The notes below the pieces were generated by a model. It made no database searches and was not told where the DNA came from. It was given only the letters and a program-made list of their open reading frames with translations. From Pseudomonas aeruginosa (lineage in GTDB: Bacteria > Pseudomonadota > Gammaproteobacteria > Pseudomonadales > Pseudomonadaceae): DNA of 32,000 nucleotides. The stretch's first letter is position 1; each line of letters starts with the position of its first letter. The stretch lies in assembly GCF_001457615.1 (NCBI RefSeq), contig NZ_LN831024.1:180001-212000 (forward strand), written 5' to 3'. This document shows positions 30,315-32,000 of the stretch, piece by piece. The translations under genes and the position numbers were made by a program.

Positions 30315-31927
30315 GCGTGTCTCCAGCGCGTGGCGCGCGCTTCGATGCGTTGGCCGAGGGCATTGAGCAGGGCGCCGGTGAGGCCGACCAGGAGCATGCC
30401 GGCGCCGATCAGGTCCATGCGGAACAATTGCTGGGCGCCGATCATCAGGCTGCCGATGCCGCCGTCGGAGGGCATGAAGTACTCGGCGCCGATGGTTCCC
30501 AGCCAGGCGTAGATCAGCGCCAGGCGCAGGCCGGCGAACACCGACGGGGCGGCACCCGGCAGGACCAGCCGGAGCAGCCGTCGCCAGGGACCCAGGCGCA
30601 GCACCCGGGCCGCCTCGCCGAGGCTCGGCGGCAGGCTGGCGATGCCGCGCTGGGTGGCCAGCAGCAGCGGGAAGAAGGCGGCGATTGCGACGAACGTCAG
30701 CTTGGCCGGTTCGCCCAGGCCGAACCAGGCGGTGAGCAGCGGTACCCAGGCGAAGATCGCCACCTGCCGCAGTGCCGCGAAAGTGGGGCCGAAGAAGCGT
30801 TCCGCCGGGCGCCACAGGCCGAGCAGCAGGCCGCCGAGGAAACCCAGGCCGCCGCCCAGCAGGAGCCCGCCGAGCGTGCGCTTCAGGCTGTCGAACAGGG
30901 CGCCTGGGAGGCTGCCGTCGAGCGCTCCGCTCCAGGTCGCCCGCGCCACTTCCAGAGGGCTGGCGAGGATCGCCGGATCGACCCATTCGGCGCTGCTCGC
31001 CGACTGCCACAGGAGCAGCAGCGCCAGCGGCGGCAGCCACACCTGCAGGCGCTGCCAGCCGCGTCCCGGCGGGCGCCGGCGGAATTCGCCGGTGGCGGCT
31101 TGCGGCCAGTGCAGCAGGCGGCGGTCGAGCCACTGGATGGCGCGGTCCATGCCCACCCCGACCAGGCCGATGATGAGGATGCAGACGAACACGATGTCGA
31201 GCATGAACAGTTGCCGGCCCTGCACCATCAGGTAGCCGATACCCTCGCTGGAAGCCAGCAACTCGACCGCCAGCAGCGAGGTCCAGCCCTGCGCCAGGGC
31301 CAGGCGCAGCCCGGTGAGGAAGGCCGGCAGCGCCGCCGGCAGGATCAGCCGCCAGACCAGCAGGCGTGGCGGCAGGCGCAGTACTGCGGCGGCTTCGCGC
31401 AGCTTGGGCTGGGCGTCGCGCACGCCGACCAGGGTATGGATGGTCACCGGCACCACGACCGCTTTCACCAGCACCACCAGCTTGAGCAGTTCGCCGATGC
31501 CGAAGAACAGCATGAACAGCGGGATCCAGGCCAGCGTGGGGATTTGCGCGAGGGCGCTGAAGGTGGGGAAGACCAGGCGCTCGGCACGCGGACTGAAGCC
31601 CAGCCAGGCGCCTAGCGCGGCGCCGCTGGCGACCCCGGCGAGCAGGCCCCAGGCCAGGCGCCGCAGGCTGATCGCCAATTCGCTCCAGAGTTCGCCGGCG
31701 AGCAACTCGCGGGCGCTCTGCCAGACCAGCTCGGGAGTTGGCAGCACCTGGGCCGACATCCAGTGGCGATGGCTGGCGACCCACCACAGCAGCGCCAGCC
31801 CGAGCGGCAGCAACCAGGGCAGCAGGCCGTCCCCCAGGCGCCGGGCGAAAGCCGCGGAGGGCGGCGGCGCCAGGCGCGGCAGGGGCCGGCTCCAGGCGGG
31901 CGAAAGGGTTTTATCGATATTCTTCAT
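30311..31927 (-). CDS. atsB: ABC transporter permease with two fused permease domains (SsuC/TauC type)
   Basis: 538 aa containing two copies of the binding-protein-dependent transport inner-membrane module: LREAAAVLRLPPRLLVWRLILPAALPAFLTGLRLALAQGW and LGEAARVLRLGPWRRLLRLVLPGAAPSVFAGLRLALIYAW. Confidence 0.92.
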   Translation of the reverse strand: MKNIDKTLSPAWSRPLPRLAPPPSAAFARRLGDGLLPWLLPLGLALLWWVASHRHWMSAQVLPTPELVWQSARELLAGELWSELAISLRRLAWGLLAGVASGAALGAWLGFSPRAERLVFPTFSALAQIPTLAWIPLFMLFFGIGELLKLVVLVKAVVVPVTIHTLVGVRDAQPKLREAAAVLRLPPRLLVWRLILPAALPAFLTGLRLALAQGWTSLLAVELLASSEGIGYLMVQGRQLFMLDIVFVCILIIGLVGVGMDRAIQWLDRRLLHWPQAATGEFRRRPPGRGWQRLQVWLPPLALLLLWQSASSAEWVDPAILASPLEVARATWSGALDGSLPGALFDSLKRTLGGLLLGGGLGFLGGLLLGLWRPAERFFGPTFAALRQVAIFAWVPLLTAWFGLGEPAKLTFVAIAAFFPLLLATQRGIASLPPSLGEAARVLRLGPWRRLLRLVLPGAAPSVFAGLRLALIYAWLGTIGAEYFMPSDGGIGSLMIGAQQLFRMDLIGAGMLLVGLTGALLNALGQRIEARATRWRHA

Positions 31928-32000
31928 GGGAATATAAATCGCCGAATAAATGCATTTTTTCGCTAAGAAGGGCCATTTAAAGAAAGGCCCCAGGCAGCGG

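Noticed and set aside
31970-31990. GGGCC-N11-GGCCC near the window edge as an attenuator of atsB
   Set aside because: Only a 5-bp stem, and the upstream gene lies outside the window, so it cannot be assigned.

Overview
The whole 32-kb window reads as GC-rich core chromosome of Pseudomonas aeruginosa or a very close relative, judged from remembered gene content and order; no alignment was possible. Left to right it contains: the 3' part of an RND efflux pump gene (triC-like); a LysR regulator; a small secreted peptide ORF; an AT-richer islet bounded by two terminators; an OprD-family porin (opdC-like); an AraC regulator; a gamma-glutamyltransferase; a cassette of Tsx-like channel, NCS2 permease and RutR-like TetR regulator; a YigZ/IMPACT protein; the siaABCD aggregation/c-di-GMP operon; the Che2 chemotaxis cluster (cheY2-cheA2-cheW2-aer2-cheR2-cheD-cheB2); cttP; a divergent LysR/SDR pair; and an arylsulfatase locus (atsA, atsC and a double-domain permease atsB). 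I found no CRISPR array, tRNA, rRNA, prophage, transposase or integrase. Nothing in the window clearly amounts to a new multigene system. The best candidates for undescribed biology are (i) a promoter/terminator-delimited unit of about 250 nt at ~4052-4312, with internal stem-loops and an atypical small ORF, likely an sRNA or small-protein gene; (ii) five FGLFD-type linear motifs in the CheA2 linker; (iii) a cluster of TTTGT/ACAAA palindromes and a long structured leader upstream of the Tsx-like channel gene. The many long antisense ORFs in the track are GC-bias artefacts.
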